A stretch of DNA of 64,000 bases, from positions 248,001 to 312,000 of the forward strand of contig NW_005202427.1 in assembly GCF_000372725.1 (NCBI RefSeq). The letters run 5' to 3'. The notes beneath the pieces were generated by a model that did no database searches, had not been told where the DNA came from, and worked only from the letters and a program-made list of their open reading frames with translations. Each line of letters starts with the position of its first letter. Position 1 is the first letter of the stretch. A program made the translations under genes and the position numbers. Below, piece by piece: positions 32,578 through 45,392 of the stretch. This stretch comes from Emiliania huxleyi CCMP1516. Taxonomy: Eukaryota.

Positions 32578-33329
32578 CTGGTGCCATAGTGTTGCTGAGT
32601 AGGCAAGGCCAAGGACAATAGGAGGCCCTTGAGCAGTCCACCCCTTCGGCCATCTGGCTCCGGCGGTATACAAAATACGCCTGCGGGCGGACCTCACAGA
32701 TCACAGATCACGACTCTCGCAGTGATTTGGGCTCGGCAGCAGCTTGTCAGCCCTCACTCAGCCGAAGCTGGGGCCGGTCCCGTAGCCGAGAGAGCCCGCG
32801 TCGATGAGTTCGACGCGGTCGGGAGGCCTTGCGGAGAGGCCAGCGAGATGGCGATCGCTGTGGACTTCATGGCGGCCTCAGAGTGGGGCTGGCTTGATGA
32901 CTGGCCAGAGGTCGATACCTCGATACTCCGAGATCTTTCCTTCATTGGGGGCGAGGCTCGATTCGGAGCGCTGCCCTGCATCTGTCCCCTTGCGGGCCGT
33001 ACGTATAGGGTGCTTGCTAGGCAGCCTGCTAGCAGCTACTCGTACGAGTAGAGCCGTAGACCGAGCCTCGACGGCGAGTCTCGGCATCTGACCAACACCG
33101 CTGCGATCCGTGAGAAGCGAGATGAACATGCGCCCTGCCCTCGAGAGTGGTGATTCCGCTTCTCTCGGGAGAGGAAGAAGGGAGGATTTTTTCTTTCTGT
33201 AACAGCCTCGAGAGTGGAGAGAGAGATTTTTAGCAATACTAAACAACTCTAACACTCACACGTAATTTGGGGCCTGGAGCCCTGTTCACGCGCGCGCGAG
33301 ACGTGCAGACGGTTGTTTGTCGAGAGTGG

Positions 33330-33395
33330 GAGAGAGATTTTTAAAGACCAACAAGAAATCACGACTCTCACAGTGATTTGGGCTCGGCAGCTTGT
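33330..33395 (+). repeat. Dispersed modular repeat (gagagatttttaaagaccaacaagaaatcac / cagtgatttgggctcggcagcttgt)
   Basis: Related copies at ~32105-32175, ~32705-32752 and inverted at ~60870-60900. Confidence 0.7.
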
Positions 33396-33809
33396 TTTGA
33401 GAGTGGTGATTCCGCTTCTAAGAAAGAAAGAAAGAAACAGACAGGCCAAGGGAGGGATGGGAGGACGGCACGCCGCCATCACACAGGGATTTTAAGGAGA
33501 GGTGTGTGATGCGCTAGCCGTCATTCCGCTTCTCTTGATTTTTTCTTTCTGTAACACCCCCCGCTGTACCCCACCAAAAGCCCTTGCCTTTGTGCCATCA
33601 TCAGCGCCTGTTGGTCCGTGCCTCTTGTCGTGGTTCTCCCTCTCCCTCCGCCACAAATGTCCCTCTGCTCCACCGCCGGCACACCGCCGCCACACCGCCG
33701 CCACCCGCCATCAGACCGCCACCGCCACTCATGTATGTATCTGTGGTCGCTCACCTCCACTCCCTCGCCCCGCAGACCTGCTTCATCACCCAGCTCCTCC
33801 GACGCCCCG

Positions 33810-35611
33810 ATGCACGCCTACAAGACCACCAGCCCGCGCCTGGCCGAAAACGAGAAGGTCTGCGTCTGTGTCGTCGACCCCTACTCCACCGGCGCCCACG
33901 TGTCAGCCGAGGCGTACTACCGCGGCTTCAAGGTTCTGGCCGTTTGGACGGACGAGTGCGGCGAGCTTGAATCGCACATTCCGCACGAGGTCGCGGCCAT
34001 CGATGACCTGTATTTCGCGCAGGTTTTGAGCTGCACCCGATCCCGCCCGCCGCCGCCCTGACCCTTTCCACCACCACCGCAAATCCTGGCCACCACGCCC
34101 GCTGCCTGCAGATCCGCTACCCCTCGGCGGAAATCAGCACGCTCGCCGCGCTCGGCAAGGCCATCTCCGACGCCGCCACCGCCGCGGACGCCAAGTTTGA
34201 GCACATCATCGCCGGCGGCGAGTCGGGCGTCAAGGTGACGGAGAACCTGTCGGAGCTGCTCGGGCTGCGCGGCAACTCCACCTCGGGCGGCTTCGAGAAC
34301 CGGCGCGACAAGAAGTTCCAGCAGGAGAAGGTCAAGGAGGCGGGCCTGCGCAGCGTGCGCCAGCTGCAAGGCACCGCTTGGAATTCAGAGGTGGCGGCCT
34401 TCTGCGAGCAGGCCACACCACACCCCTCCCGCTGCGCTTCTCCGCGCTCCCCTTCCCCCCTCCGCCGCTGCCGCCGCCGCCGCCGCCGCCGCCATCATCG
34501 CCGCCACTCCCTCGCGGCCGCAGGAGGTGCCCCTCATCATCAAGCCGGTCGAGTCGTGCGGCTCGGACGGCGTCAAGCTGTGCAAGACGATGGGCGAGGC
34601 GGAGGCGCACTTCAACCTCCTCATGACCGGACAGCGCAAGCTGGGCGCGCAGGGCGCCGCCGTCCTCTGCCAGGAGTTTCTTCAGGGCAAGGAGTACGTC
34701 GTCGACTGCGTCACCCGCGACGGCGTGCACAAGACCACGTTTGTGTGGGTCTACGACAAGCGCGAGGCGAACGGCGGCGGCTTCGTCTACTTTGGCGCGC
34801 GCGCATCCCCTTACCCTCCCTCCTCCCCGCCCTGCCCCGCCACTCAGCCCCAGGCCCCTCCCTAGGCATGATCCCGGTGCCGTCCGACGACCCGGTTGCA
34901 AAGGTGCTCATCGATTACACGGTCGGCTGCATCGACGCGCTCGCCATCGCCAACGGCGCGACGCACAACGAGATCATGATGACCAAGGACGGGCCCTGCC
35001 TCGTCGAGGTCAACTGCCGCGTGCACGGCCACAGCGGCGCGCTCACAGTTGCGGCGGGGGGTGGGAGACCCGGGCGCGTCGCTCACACATCCGCGCCGGC
35101 GTGTGCGCAGGCTCGTGGCTGCCGCTCACCGACCGCTGCACGGGCGGCATCACCCAGGTGCGCTCGAACCTCGACATCTTTGTAGACGGCGCCGCCTTCG
35201 ACGCCCTCCCGGCCGTGCCTCGCCCGTTCGTGGCGTCAGGCAGCGCGGCCCGGTCCCGGTGCCCCCGGGCGCACCCGCCTACCCGCGCCGTGACGCGTGC
35301 GCGGGCGGCCGTGCGTAGGCACCATCGTGATGCTCGTCTCGTACCAGGAGGGCGAGGAGGTGCAGGCGACGCCTGGCTTCGAGACCATCAAGACGCTGCC
35401 CTCCTTCACGACCATCACCGAGAGCGTTGTGGTGGGCATGCCCCTCAAGCTGACCGTCGACCTCTTCGACTGCCCCGGCGTGGTGGTGCTGGTGCACGAC
35501 GATGCGACCGTGATCGACGCCGACCTCGCGACCATCCGCAAGCTCGAGGAGGAGTGCAAGCTCTTCGAGGTGGCGCCCCGCAAGAGCAAGGCCTGCAAGG
35601 TGACGGAGTGA
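33810..35611 (+). CDS. ATP-grasp ligase (L-amino-acid ligase / NikS / carnosine-synthase-like)
   Basis: VVDPYSTG, IIAGGESGV, RRDKKFQQE, IIKPVESCGSDGV, QEFLQGKEYVVD, THNEIMMTKDGPCLVEVNCR, TVDLFDCPGVVVL; five introns, four with GC donors. The start may lie further upstream. Confidence 0.85.
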
Positions 35612-35890
35612 TCTCTAGAGAGAGTGCTCGAGGTGGAAGCGCGCCAGCCAGCCACAGAGTAGTGCTTGCGAAGTTGCGATGAGACTCAGAGGACTGGGCG
35701 GCGTGCGTGTATCATTACGTTTTTTGGGATTTTGATGTACTGTGATGCGTGAGTTTCCCGCTTGTGTCGAGGCGCGAAGTGAGAGAAACTTGTCGGTATC
35801 TGAGATCAACTCGATCAACTCGCGGGCACCTAAGCAGAAATCAGAAGAACCTCCAGATCGGCACGAGACTAGGTTTGGTGGCAAGTCATC

Positions 35891-36427
35891 ATGCTCGCAT
35901 CGCCAGCCTCGCCCCTCCGCAAGCGCCCCCGCGAGACCAGCTGCGAGCACGCCGCCACCGCTGTGTTCCAAGACGACGAGCAAATCCGTCGCGTCCAGCG
36001 GGGAAATATCTTTGACGAGGCCACCTTCATCGAGCAGTTCCTTTGCGAGTCGCCCATCCGCCAGTCCACGAAGAGCCCCGCAAAGAGGAAGCAAGAGAGT
36101 CCGCTGACGCGCGGGGTCGAGCGATCGCCACGCGCCCGTCTCCTGGTTGCTGCGTATATGGCGAGCAGCGGCCCCACACCACCCTCACCGCTCAAAGCCA
36201 TGGACGACCTCCTCGAGAGCGACGCCATCCGCTCGTGGGCGCTGCACAATGTGGCAGGCGTCGTTGAGCGGAGGTCGGTCCACCGCCTCGCGCGGGTGCA
36301 GCTCGATGCGCAGCGCGGAGGCCGCGACAGCAGCCTTACCTGGAACTACGAGGGCGACCGGATGAGCGGGGCGTGGTGCGATGGCGTTTGGTTCTCCGCA
36401 GAGGAGATCCAAACGTTCGTCTCGTAG
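35891..36427 (+). CDS. Hypothetical protein
   Basis: 178-aa ORF with GC3-rich coding-like C-terminal half; no family recognised. Confidence 0.35.
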   Translation: MLASPASPLRKRPRETSCEHAATAVFQDDEQIRRVQRGNIFDEATFIEQFLCESPIRQSTKSPAKRKQESPLTRGVERSPRARLLVAAYMASSGPTPPSPLKAMDDLLESDAIRSWALHNVAGVVERRSVHRLARVQLDAQRGGRDSSLTWNYEGDRMSGAWCDGVWFSAEEIQTFVS

Positions 36428-36997
36428 AGCGGGCCTGGGCCGGTCGGCCCGAGGCGGGCGCGCGCGTGTTCTGCCAGTGTGCGCCTCGAGACGCGCCATA
36501 TTTGCATGTGGAACAGCTTGATTTCATGTGAGTCTCGCTATATACGTCAGTCGGCTGATGCCCGATCGTGTTCGTCAGAGGTCGGTCCTCGCGCACCTGT
36601 ACCTGTACTGTCCTGCGCAGTAGCTGCTGAGGTCCATCCGCTTCTTTACTGTGTGAATGTCGAGTCTAGAGGCTCGAGCCATGCACGTGTGAATCGTGCG
36701 ACAAAGAGAGGTCGCTATTACAGTCACAGGTCACACCGAGTTGTCACAGATCTCAGATGTCCGAGACGCGAGACTGACACTCACTCACTTCTCTGCGGTT
36801 ACGCGCACTCGGCAGTCGATCCGCGGGTGACACACACCACACGGACACGGGGCACACGTGCGCACCGACACACCCACGCAGTGATTCACGGACTCCAAGA
36901 GCGCCCCCTGTGCCCCCTGACGGAGGCATGCCCTGAGGGGTTACGTCATGGGTCGCGTAGTGCCGGGGTGCGGGGGGGGGGCTCGTCCTCAGGGGCT

Positions 36998-39442
36998 TCA
37001 GGGGCACATCTTGCGCCGCAGCTCCTCGTGTGCGCCCGTCTCCTTGTTGTCCGCCGCCTCGCCGGCATGCTCGCCGTCCGCCTCGCGCCACGGCGCATGC
37101 AGGCACGGCAGCGCCTCCTTGAAGCGGCGGATGACGGGCGTGTATGCGAGGCGGAGGGCAGCCTCCCACGCGGCAGAGAGCTTGCGCTTTGGGGCGACGC
37201 TTTTGGAAGTCGCGAGGCAGTAGGTCCACCTGCGGCGGGGGCGGGGAGGCATGCGGGGAGGAGCGAGCCTCGCGCGAGGCGGCTCTCTGCGGACAGAGGT
37301 GTGGGGGGGGGAGGGGTGCTGCTGCTGGGTGTGGCCGAGGGGTGGTGGTCGAGAGGAGGTCAGAAGTGAAGTGTAACGCCCCCGCCCCCGCCCCCCCCCC
37401 CTTTCGGCCCACACGCACGCGCCTGGTCGAGTTTGGCACTCGCACGGCATCCGGCCAGTTGTAGCTTGGCAGGCCGACGTGGCGGAGGACCTGGCGCAGA
37501 AGTGTGTGTGTGGGGGGGGGGGGTCGGAGGTGGAGAGGGGTGTGTGGGGAGGTGCGTGTGTGCGCCTGGTTCATCATTCCGAAGGGGTCGGAGCCAAACT
37601 GCTCCGTGAAGAGGACGAGGAGCCGCCTGAAAAGGCGAGGGGGGGGGTGAGGGGGTGAAGGGCGGGGGGGGGGGGGGGCCGGGGGGGCTTTAAAGTGGGA
37701 AAAAGGCGGAAACGGGCCCCCCCCCCCCTGGTTTTTTTGGGGGATTTTGGGGGATTTTGGGGGATTTTGGGGCATTTTGGGGGATTTTGGGGCATTTTGG
37801 GGCATTTTGGAACCCCCAGTCCTTTGGAACGGCCGCGAATACCCCAAAAGGGGGTTGGGAAAATTTTGGGCATCCCTGGGCGTTTTGGAAGCCGGCCGAA
37901 GGGGGGGCCGGGGGCGGGGGCAGTTCCCCTTTTTGGAGGGCCGAGACCCCCCCCCGAAGGGTTTTTAAGGGGTTCTTCAAAAAAAAGAACCCCCTCGGAA
38001 CTTGATGGGGGCGGGACCCACCCTTTTAAAAAAGGGGGAAGAAGGGGAGGCCACCCCCCCGGGGGACCCAGGGCCCGGNNNNNNNNNNNNNNNNNNNNNN
38101 NNNNNNNNNNNNNNNNNNNNNNNNNNNNNNNNNNNNNNNNNNNNNNNNNNNNNNNNNNNNNNNNNNNNNNNNNNNNNNNNNNNNNNNNNNNNNNNNNNNN
38201 NNNNNNNNNNNNNNNNNNNNNNNNNNNNNNNNNNNNNNNNNNNNNNNNNNNNNNNNNNNNNNNNNNNNNNNNNNNNNNNNNNNNNNNNNNNNNNNNNNNN
38301 NNNNNNCCCCTTCGGGCAGGCATGGGGCAGGGGGGCCCGTCGCCACTGGGGAGAGAGTGCAAGGCCGGGCTACTCCAAGTGCAAGGCCCCGGCGCCGGAC
38401 CGGCGGGGTCTCGGGTGCGTCTCTCTGGGCAGGTCTCGGACCGGAGCACCATCTGCTCAAAGTCGGCGTCCACGCTGCCGCCGCACTTCTGCGTCATCAG
38501 CTCCCCAGCGCGCGCGTGCCTTGGGGGCGGGGGGGGGTCGGGGGAGGGTGGCGAGCGAGGCAGGGCGGTGAGGGCGTGAGAGGGCGAGCGCGAGGGCGCG
38601 TGCGTGGCGAGGCCGCGCGCGGAGGGAGGCTGTGGCGGGGACGGAGGAGGAGGGCTGTGGCGGGGGGCTGGTCGTGTCGATGGTCGTGCGGCGAGGGCTG
38701 TCCTGAGACGGTGCACACACTAATGCACACACTACTGTGCAGCTCGACGCCTCTCTCCCGCGCGCCTGTGCATCTGGCGGAGGCACTGCTGGTAGCGCGA
38801 GCGGGGAAGGGTGGCCGGGTCGCGCGCGATGAGCACGAAGCGGGCGCTCGGCATCAGCCGGTGCGCCAGCGTCGGCACCACGTCGACCAGCCCCGACACC
38901 CTCGACCCCTTGCGGCGCGTGTGCGTGTAGCCGGCGCTCTTCTCAAACGTGAGCACGCGCCCAACCTCCGACCGGAGCACCGGGAAGAGCGACGCGTAGC
39001 GCGGCCAGGCGGAGGCGAGGTCGGCGATCACGCGGGCCTGCACCGCGGCCGGGCTCTCCTCGGCGAGCGCCCGCCCGCCCGCCCGCTTTCCCCTGCCCTG
39101 CTGCCGCTGTGGCACGCCGCCGGCCGCGCCAAACAGCTGATTAAAGAATTGCGTTTCTCTCTCTGTGGTGACGCGCATCGCCGGGTGCGAGGAGAGCCAG
39201 CCCCGCATCTCCTCCGTGCCCGCCTTGGCCATCCCGATGATCACGAGCGACGGAAGACAGAACACGTAGTCGCCAGGCGTCGCGGTCGTGGCGGCTTGGC
39301 ACGGCGGGCACGAGCAGGTGCGCAGCCGGCCCGTGGGAGGGCGCGCGGTGTCTGCCTCGAGGCAGCTGCCCGAGTCAATCTCGCCGTGCCAGAAGGCGGA
39401 TGATGACCCGGAGACGTTGTACAGTGGGAAGCGAGTGAGCAT
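36998..39442 (-). CDS. Heparan-sulfate 3-O/N-sulfotransferase-like protein, interrupted by an assembly gap
   Basis: 5'-PSB LPSLVIIGMAKAGT, ETQFFN, TFEKSAGY, 3'-PB LIARDP..RSRYQ; downstream exons RLLVLFTEQFGSDP, VLRHVGLP, LRLAYTPVIRRF. Exon structure and start uncertain. Confidence 0.65.
38079..38306. other. Assembly gap with low-quality homopolymer-rich flank (~37640-38078)
   Basis: 228 N; the adjacent sequence has inflated homopolymers typical of read ends. Confidence 0.98.
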
Positions 39443-40356
39443 ATGTTGTCGATCCTGTGTGAGACGCTCAGACGCTGTTATCGACAAAAACAAAACACGC
39501 CGCTGGCATATCTTGGATACCTAACCTATCTTGGATGTAGCTTAAGGTGGGGAGTCTGTCTGGGTGCCAGTCTCGAGTCTGGGACACTTCACAGATCTTC
39601 ATTCTAGGGTGTGAACAGAGGTGGAGATCGCCAAGCCAACGCTCTCGATCCGCTTGAATGCGTGTCGCGTCGTGTCCGCAGGTGAGAGGTGGAGACACTT
39701 TAGGTCGGCTCTCGCGGCCTCGCGCGCTCTTGTTCTCGCGCGCTCGGCCGCTCGCTGTTGCGCAGCTCCAGCGTCCAGGTGTGGGCCGCCTAGACATATC
39801 CGCGCCCAAATCGGAATCACCCAGAGGCAAGCATGCGCGTCTATCTACGTGGCTGGGTTCAAGAGAATGGTAGGAAAATGGAGGGACCACTTGACGGTCG
39901 CGGCCTTCCGACTCGCGCCTCCGCTTAATGGCACTGACGAAAGTTGACTGAGGCGGTTGTCAGGAATCATCATACGGATCACATGGTGGCTCTTTCATGA
40001 CGGGAGAGACCGCCCGACCACTCCTCTGGGTGGCACTGCCACCGGTGTTGCTCGACGACGACGTCCTGTCGACAGCGTGCCGACAGCGACACACACAGAC
40101 CCTGTGGGACGCGTCGAGTATCGACCTCTACTGCTTACCCAGCCTTCGAGTGTATCCTGGCTGTGGTCCCACACCCACTGGTGTCCATCTCAGAGACCGC
40201 CCAGTGGAGGTCATGAGACATGAGGGTCGATGGGAGTGCCAACCCCACCACAATGCCTAACGAGACCCAGCCCAGTAGATGCACTCTCCTTTTGAAGCTG
40301 AACGAGACACAAAGACAAACCTCAAACGTAGAAACACCGGGTACTGGCCGCGCGCG

Positions 40357-43300
40357 CTACAGCGGCGGAAAGGGGAGAGCCGACTGAGAATTCTCCGCCG
40401 GCGTCCTCGGGTCGCGACCAGCCCGGCGCCGGTCTTTGCTGCCCTTTGCGTGATCGGCCCCGCGCGACCCGGCCCGCCCCCACCGGAGCGTGGCCGCCTC
40501 CGCGCGCGCCGCCGCCACGCGCGTCGCTTGCAGCTGTCGGCGCGACTCGTTGAGCTGCCGCTGCAGCGCTGGGCTCGCGTGCGACTCTGCGAGCGCGAGC
40601 TCCGTGCGGAGCGAGGCGACCGAGGCGAGCGCCGCGTCCCGCTCGGTCAGCGCGACGACGATGCCGTCCTGCGTCGCCGCGCGCAGCCCGGTGGCCAGCT
40701 CCTCCGCGTGCTCGGCGCGCCTCGCCGCGTAGCGCCCGTCGGCGCGCGCCTCGTCGAGCCGCTCCATCGCGCTCGCCGCGCGGGACCAGGCCTCCTCCTG
40801 CTCCTCGCGCACCGCCGCCGCCTCTCGGCGAGCGTCCGCCTGCGCACGGGCGCGGGAGCGGGAGCGGGGCCCATCAGCGGCGCGAGGCGAAGGACACCCC
40901 CCCCCCCCCCCTCTCCCGCCGAGGCAACCCGCTCCCGCCGAGGCAACCCTCCACCGCGCGCGCCTGGAGCTCGTCGATGAGCCTGCGCGCCTCCGCCGCG
41001 CCGGCCTCGTGCTCCTCCGCCGCCCGCGCCGCCGCCGCCCTCACCTCGGCCAGCTCGGTTGTGAGCGCCTCCACCTTGTCTCCGTGCGCCGAGATCGCCT
41101 CCAGCGCAGCCTCCAGCTCCGCCTCGCGCGCGCCGAGATTCTCTCTCAGCGCCGACGCCTCGCGAGCAAAGCCCTCGGCGCGCCGGCCCGCCGCCTCCGT
41201 CGCGGCCACCGCCTCCGCCTCCTTGCGCCGCGCCGCATCGGTCTGCGCACGCTGCTCGCTCGCCTGCCCCTCTGCCGCGGCGGTTGCGGCGGCAGCGCGC
41301 GTGGCAACCTCCGCCATCTCTCGGCCCTTCTCGGCGAGCTCGTGCCTATGGGCGAAGAGGGGCGGCGCCTCGAAGGGGGCTGCGGCGTCGCTGCCTCCGC
41401 ATCGCCCTCGTCGCGCGCCCGAGCCGCGCCCGCGCCTCCTGCATCTCGAGCAGCAGCTGCGCTCCCTCGGCGTGCGCCGCCGCGCGAGCCTCGGCCGCCG
41501 CCGCGGCGGCCGACCCCTCCAGCGACTGGCACTTTGCCCGCGCGGCGCGGAGCTCCTCGGCCAGAGTCGCCTAACCCGCCCGCACCGCCGCTCACTCCCA
41601 CCACCCACCCCTCCTGCGGGGCTCCTCGGGCGAAGCGGCCCGCCTCGTGCGCCGCGGTGCCCCGCCCGCCGCCAGGCCGGACACCGTCGCGAAGCTTGGC
41701 CTGCGCGTCGCGGAGCTGCGAGCGGAGGGAGTCGATCTCGCGCTCGTGCTGCCTCAGCGCCGACGCCTGCACCGCGAGCACCTACGAGGGCGCGACACAG
41801 AGCCGGTGCGTGCACGACTCGTGGCCTCCTCACAGCCGCCGCCACGGGGCGGTCGCCGAGCGGGACGGCGGCGGTGTCTTGCCGCGCGACGCGGACTCTG
41901 CCGACGCCGCTGCCACTGCGGCGGCGGCGCGCGCCTCGGCTGCCGCCGCCGCCTCTCGCGCCGCCGCCTCGCTCGACGCTGCAGCGGCAAGCTCCGCCCG
42001 CAAGGACTCGCCCTCCGCCCGCAAGGAGTCGGCCTCTGCCCGCAAGGACTCGGCCTCCGCCCGGAAGGACTCGGCCTCCGCCCGGAAGGACTCGGCCTCC
42101 GGCGAAGCGCCTGGCGGCTCTCCGGCGGCCGGCGCCTCGCGCACCGCCGCCGCGAGCTCCTCGTGCGCAGCCGCCTCGGCCGCACGCGCAGCCTCGGCCT
42201 CCTCCCGCGCGCGCTTCGCCTCCGCCTCCGCCCGCGACGTGTCAGCGGCCGCCTCGGCCGCGGTGGCGCTTGCGGCGGCGGCGGCCTTCTCCGCGCTGCT
42301 TGCCGCCTCCTCCAGCTGCTGCTGCTGTCGGCGCACCGTCTTGAGCTGTGCGCCCAACTCAGCCTCGCGCGCGAGCGCCTCGGAGAGCTCGCGCCGCGTG
42401 TCGCTCTGGCGCGCCGCCGACGCCGCGGCGTCCTCGTTCAGCCTACGGAGAGCGACAAGGCGCCGCTCAGAACAGCCTCCCGGGCCGCCTCAGCTGTGGC
42501 AACCAAGCGGGCAAACGGGCGCCTCTCGGCTCGCGCCTCGCCGAGCTCGGACGCCAGAGTGCGCAGCTGCGCTCGCAGCGCCTCGATGTCCGCCTCGTGC
42601 GAGGCAGACGCCGCCGCCGCCGCCGCCGCCGCCGCTCGCGCCTCGGACGCGTCCGCTTCGAGTCGCAGGGCGGACTCGTGCGCCGCCGACCGCGAGCGCC
42701 GCAGCTCCTCGGCGGTGGCGTCCCGCTCGCGTGCGGCGCCCCGTGCGCGCTCCTCGCTGGCGGCGCGAGCGGCGCGCTCCCGCTCCAGCTCGCCGTCGAG
42801 CGTCGCCACACGCTGGCCGTGCGCAACCGCCTGCGCACCGAGCTCCTCCCTCGCCGCCGCCGCCGCCGCCTCTGCGGCGCCCACTCGGGCGGTGAGGTCG
42901 GCCTGGAGCTGCTGCCGCTGCAGCTGCGCCGACGCCGCGCCGCGCTCCGCCGCCTCGACCGCCGCCGCCGCCCTCGCCTCCGCCTCGGCCCTCGCCGCCT
43001 ACGGCCGTGCCTTGGACGTGTCGCGGACGTGTCCCATGGACGTGTCCCGAGGACGTGCCCTCGCCGCCGCCTCGGCCGCGGCGGCCTCGGTAGCGGCCCT
43101 CGCAGCCGCCTCCCTCGCAGCGAGCAGCTCCGCCGCGGCCGTCTCCGCCGTCGCAGAGGCACGAGCCACGTCCGAGGCACATCCTCGCGCGGCGGAGGCG
43201 GCGGCGGCTGCCGCGGCCGCAGCTTCCGCCGCCGCCGCCACCTCCGCCGCCCGCGCCTCTGCCGCCTGCGCCTGCTCTGCCCTCGCCTCCGCCGCCTTCG

Positions 43301-45170
43301 CCCGCGCCTCCTCGCCCGCCGCGTGCGACGCTGCACTCTCGAGCCGCGCGCGCAAGTCCTCTCTCTCGGAGCGGAGGGTGGCGACGTCGGAGCGGAGGGA
43401 GGCGATCTCGCGCTCGCTCTGCTGCAGCGCACGGGCCTGCGCCACGAAGGCAGACCGCGGGTGGCCGGCCGGCTCGCTGGACCTGCCCAGCTCGCTAGAC
43501 CTGCCCCGGCTCGCTGCGCTGTGCGAGGCGGCAGCCTCTTCGGCGCGGGCCGCTCGCGCCTCTGCCCTTTCTGCCGCCTCGACCGCCGCCGTCTCCCGAG
43601 CGGCCGCCTGCGTCAGGGCCGCCTGCGGGGAGGGCGGCGCCCGGGCTGAGGAGGGCGCGGGGGGGAGCACCACGCGCGCGGAGCGCGGTCGGTGCCTCCG
43701 CCTCGCCGAGCTTCCATATCTCCCCATATCTCCCCATATCTCCCGCGGTAGGTGCCTCCGCTTCGCAAAGCTTCTCGTCGAACCTTGCCCGCAGCTCCAC
43801 CGCCGCCGCCTCGGCTGCCGCCGCCTTTTCGTTGGCTGCCGTCATCGCCTGCCCCGTCTCGGCAGACACCGGGGAGGGGGTGCTCCGTGCCGCCACCTGC
43901 GCCACACAGCCGACCCTCTGTCTGTCTATCTCTCTACGCGCCACACGCCCGACGTCTCACGAGTGGCGTCGCGTGCTTGCACCGAGGAGCTGTCGCGGAG
44001 CTATCGCGGAGCTGTCGCGGAACGGAGCTGTCGTGGAGGTGTGTCGTGCGCGGCGCGCGCCTCGAGCCGCTGTCGCAGCTCCGCCGCTGTATCTCGGCTG
44101 TATCTGGGCTGTATCTCGGCTGTATCTCGGCTGTATCTCGCCTCGAGCCGCTGTCGCAGCTCCGCCTCGCGCGCCGCCGCGACACGGATTGCGCCGCGCG
44201 CGTCCTCGAGCTCCGCCTGAGTGCGGAGGGCGCGGCTGAGCGAGGCCGCGGGCGAGGGTGTCTCCTCTCCACGGCTGCACGACGAGGCCTCGTGCGCAGC
44301 TCCGGCGGCCGCCGCCGCCGCAGCCGCCCTCCTCCTCGCAGACGCTAGCTCCTCGCGGAGCGCCGACTCCGAGGCGGAGGCAACGGCCGCCGCCTCCCTC
44401 GCCGCGGCTAGCTCTCGCCGCAGCGCCTCCTCGACCTGCGGTCGGCGAGACGCGAGGGCGACACACTCGTGACGGGAGGGGCGTAAAACTTGTTGTGTGG
44501 TGTGTGATGTATAATGTGTGTGTGCTACGCGCGTGCTGTACCACCTCCCGCGCAGCCGCCACTGCGGCCTCGGCCTCCTCCTCGCGCGCATCGAGCCTAC
44601 GCGGTCGGAGAAGGACCTGCTTCGCTCCCTCCACAGGGCCAGCCCGCCCTCCAGCCGCATCGCGAACCGAGCCATCGCCGCCGACGCCATTGCCCAGCCG
44701 TCGCCCTCTGCACTCACGGGCGCAATGCGGGCTGCAACCCGGGCGGCCGCCTCCCGGTCGGCCTCGTCGAGCGCCGGCCCCTCCTGCGGCGTCGGCGTCG
44801 AGCCAAGCGTCTCTGCAGAGCGCAGCCAGGGCGGTGTCACGGGTCGCTCCTCCGAGGGCGACGGATGCCCAAAGGCCCGCCGCCGGATGTCGGCCAGTTT
44901 GGTACCCGAGCCGCTGGTGGCTGCGGCGCGCGCCCGCACGTGCTGGGCAACCAGCTGGCCGACCACGGAGGATGACGAGTCGAGCCTGTTCAAGCCGTCG
45001 TCAGCAGCCGCAGCCTGCCGCGTCCTGGCCTGGCGCTCGCGCACGAGCGCCGCCTGAAGCTCGTCCCTCTCAAGACTAACGGCGGTACGCGCCTGGCCTT
45101 CTTTGACCAGCTCGGCGTCCAGCTCGAGCACGCGCTGTGCCAGACCGCGCCGGCCGTCGGGCGGTGGCAT
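40357..45170 (-). CDS. Large multi-exon Ala/Glu-rich coiled-coil protein
   Basis: Heptad-rich exons (MPPPDGRRGLAQRVLELDAELVKE.., AEAESFR/AEAESLR x5, ..LAESHASPALQRQLNESRRQL) separated by about 8-10 mostly GC-AG introns, several holding 10-11-mer repeats. Confidence 0.65.
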
Positions 45171-45392
45171 TATGCGCTGTGAATCACTGCATGTGTATGC
45201 CGTTGCACGCGCATGAACGGTGGGAGTGCAGCGCCGGCGTGAGGAGGAAGAAAAACGACTCGGCGCCGCAGCACACTCAGCCGAAAACGCCAAAAGGACG
45301 CGCGACATGCAATGTGTGGAGATGTGCGGTGTGAGCAATCGCCGCCCGTATTCGTGTACATACGCTCGTAAGAACGTAACTCGTAAGGCTAA

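Noticed and set aside
37640..38078. Pro/Gly/Lys-rich ORFs and gggattttgg repeats
   Set aside because: Homopolymer-inflated low-quality sequence next to the N gap; probably a degraded intronic decamer repeat.
40977..44220. Long + strand ORFs (455-857 aa)
   Set aside because: Antisense shadows of the GC-rich coiled-coil gene; Ala/Ser/Arg low complexity with no motifs. The same applies to most overlapping ORFs in the track.
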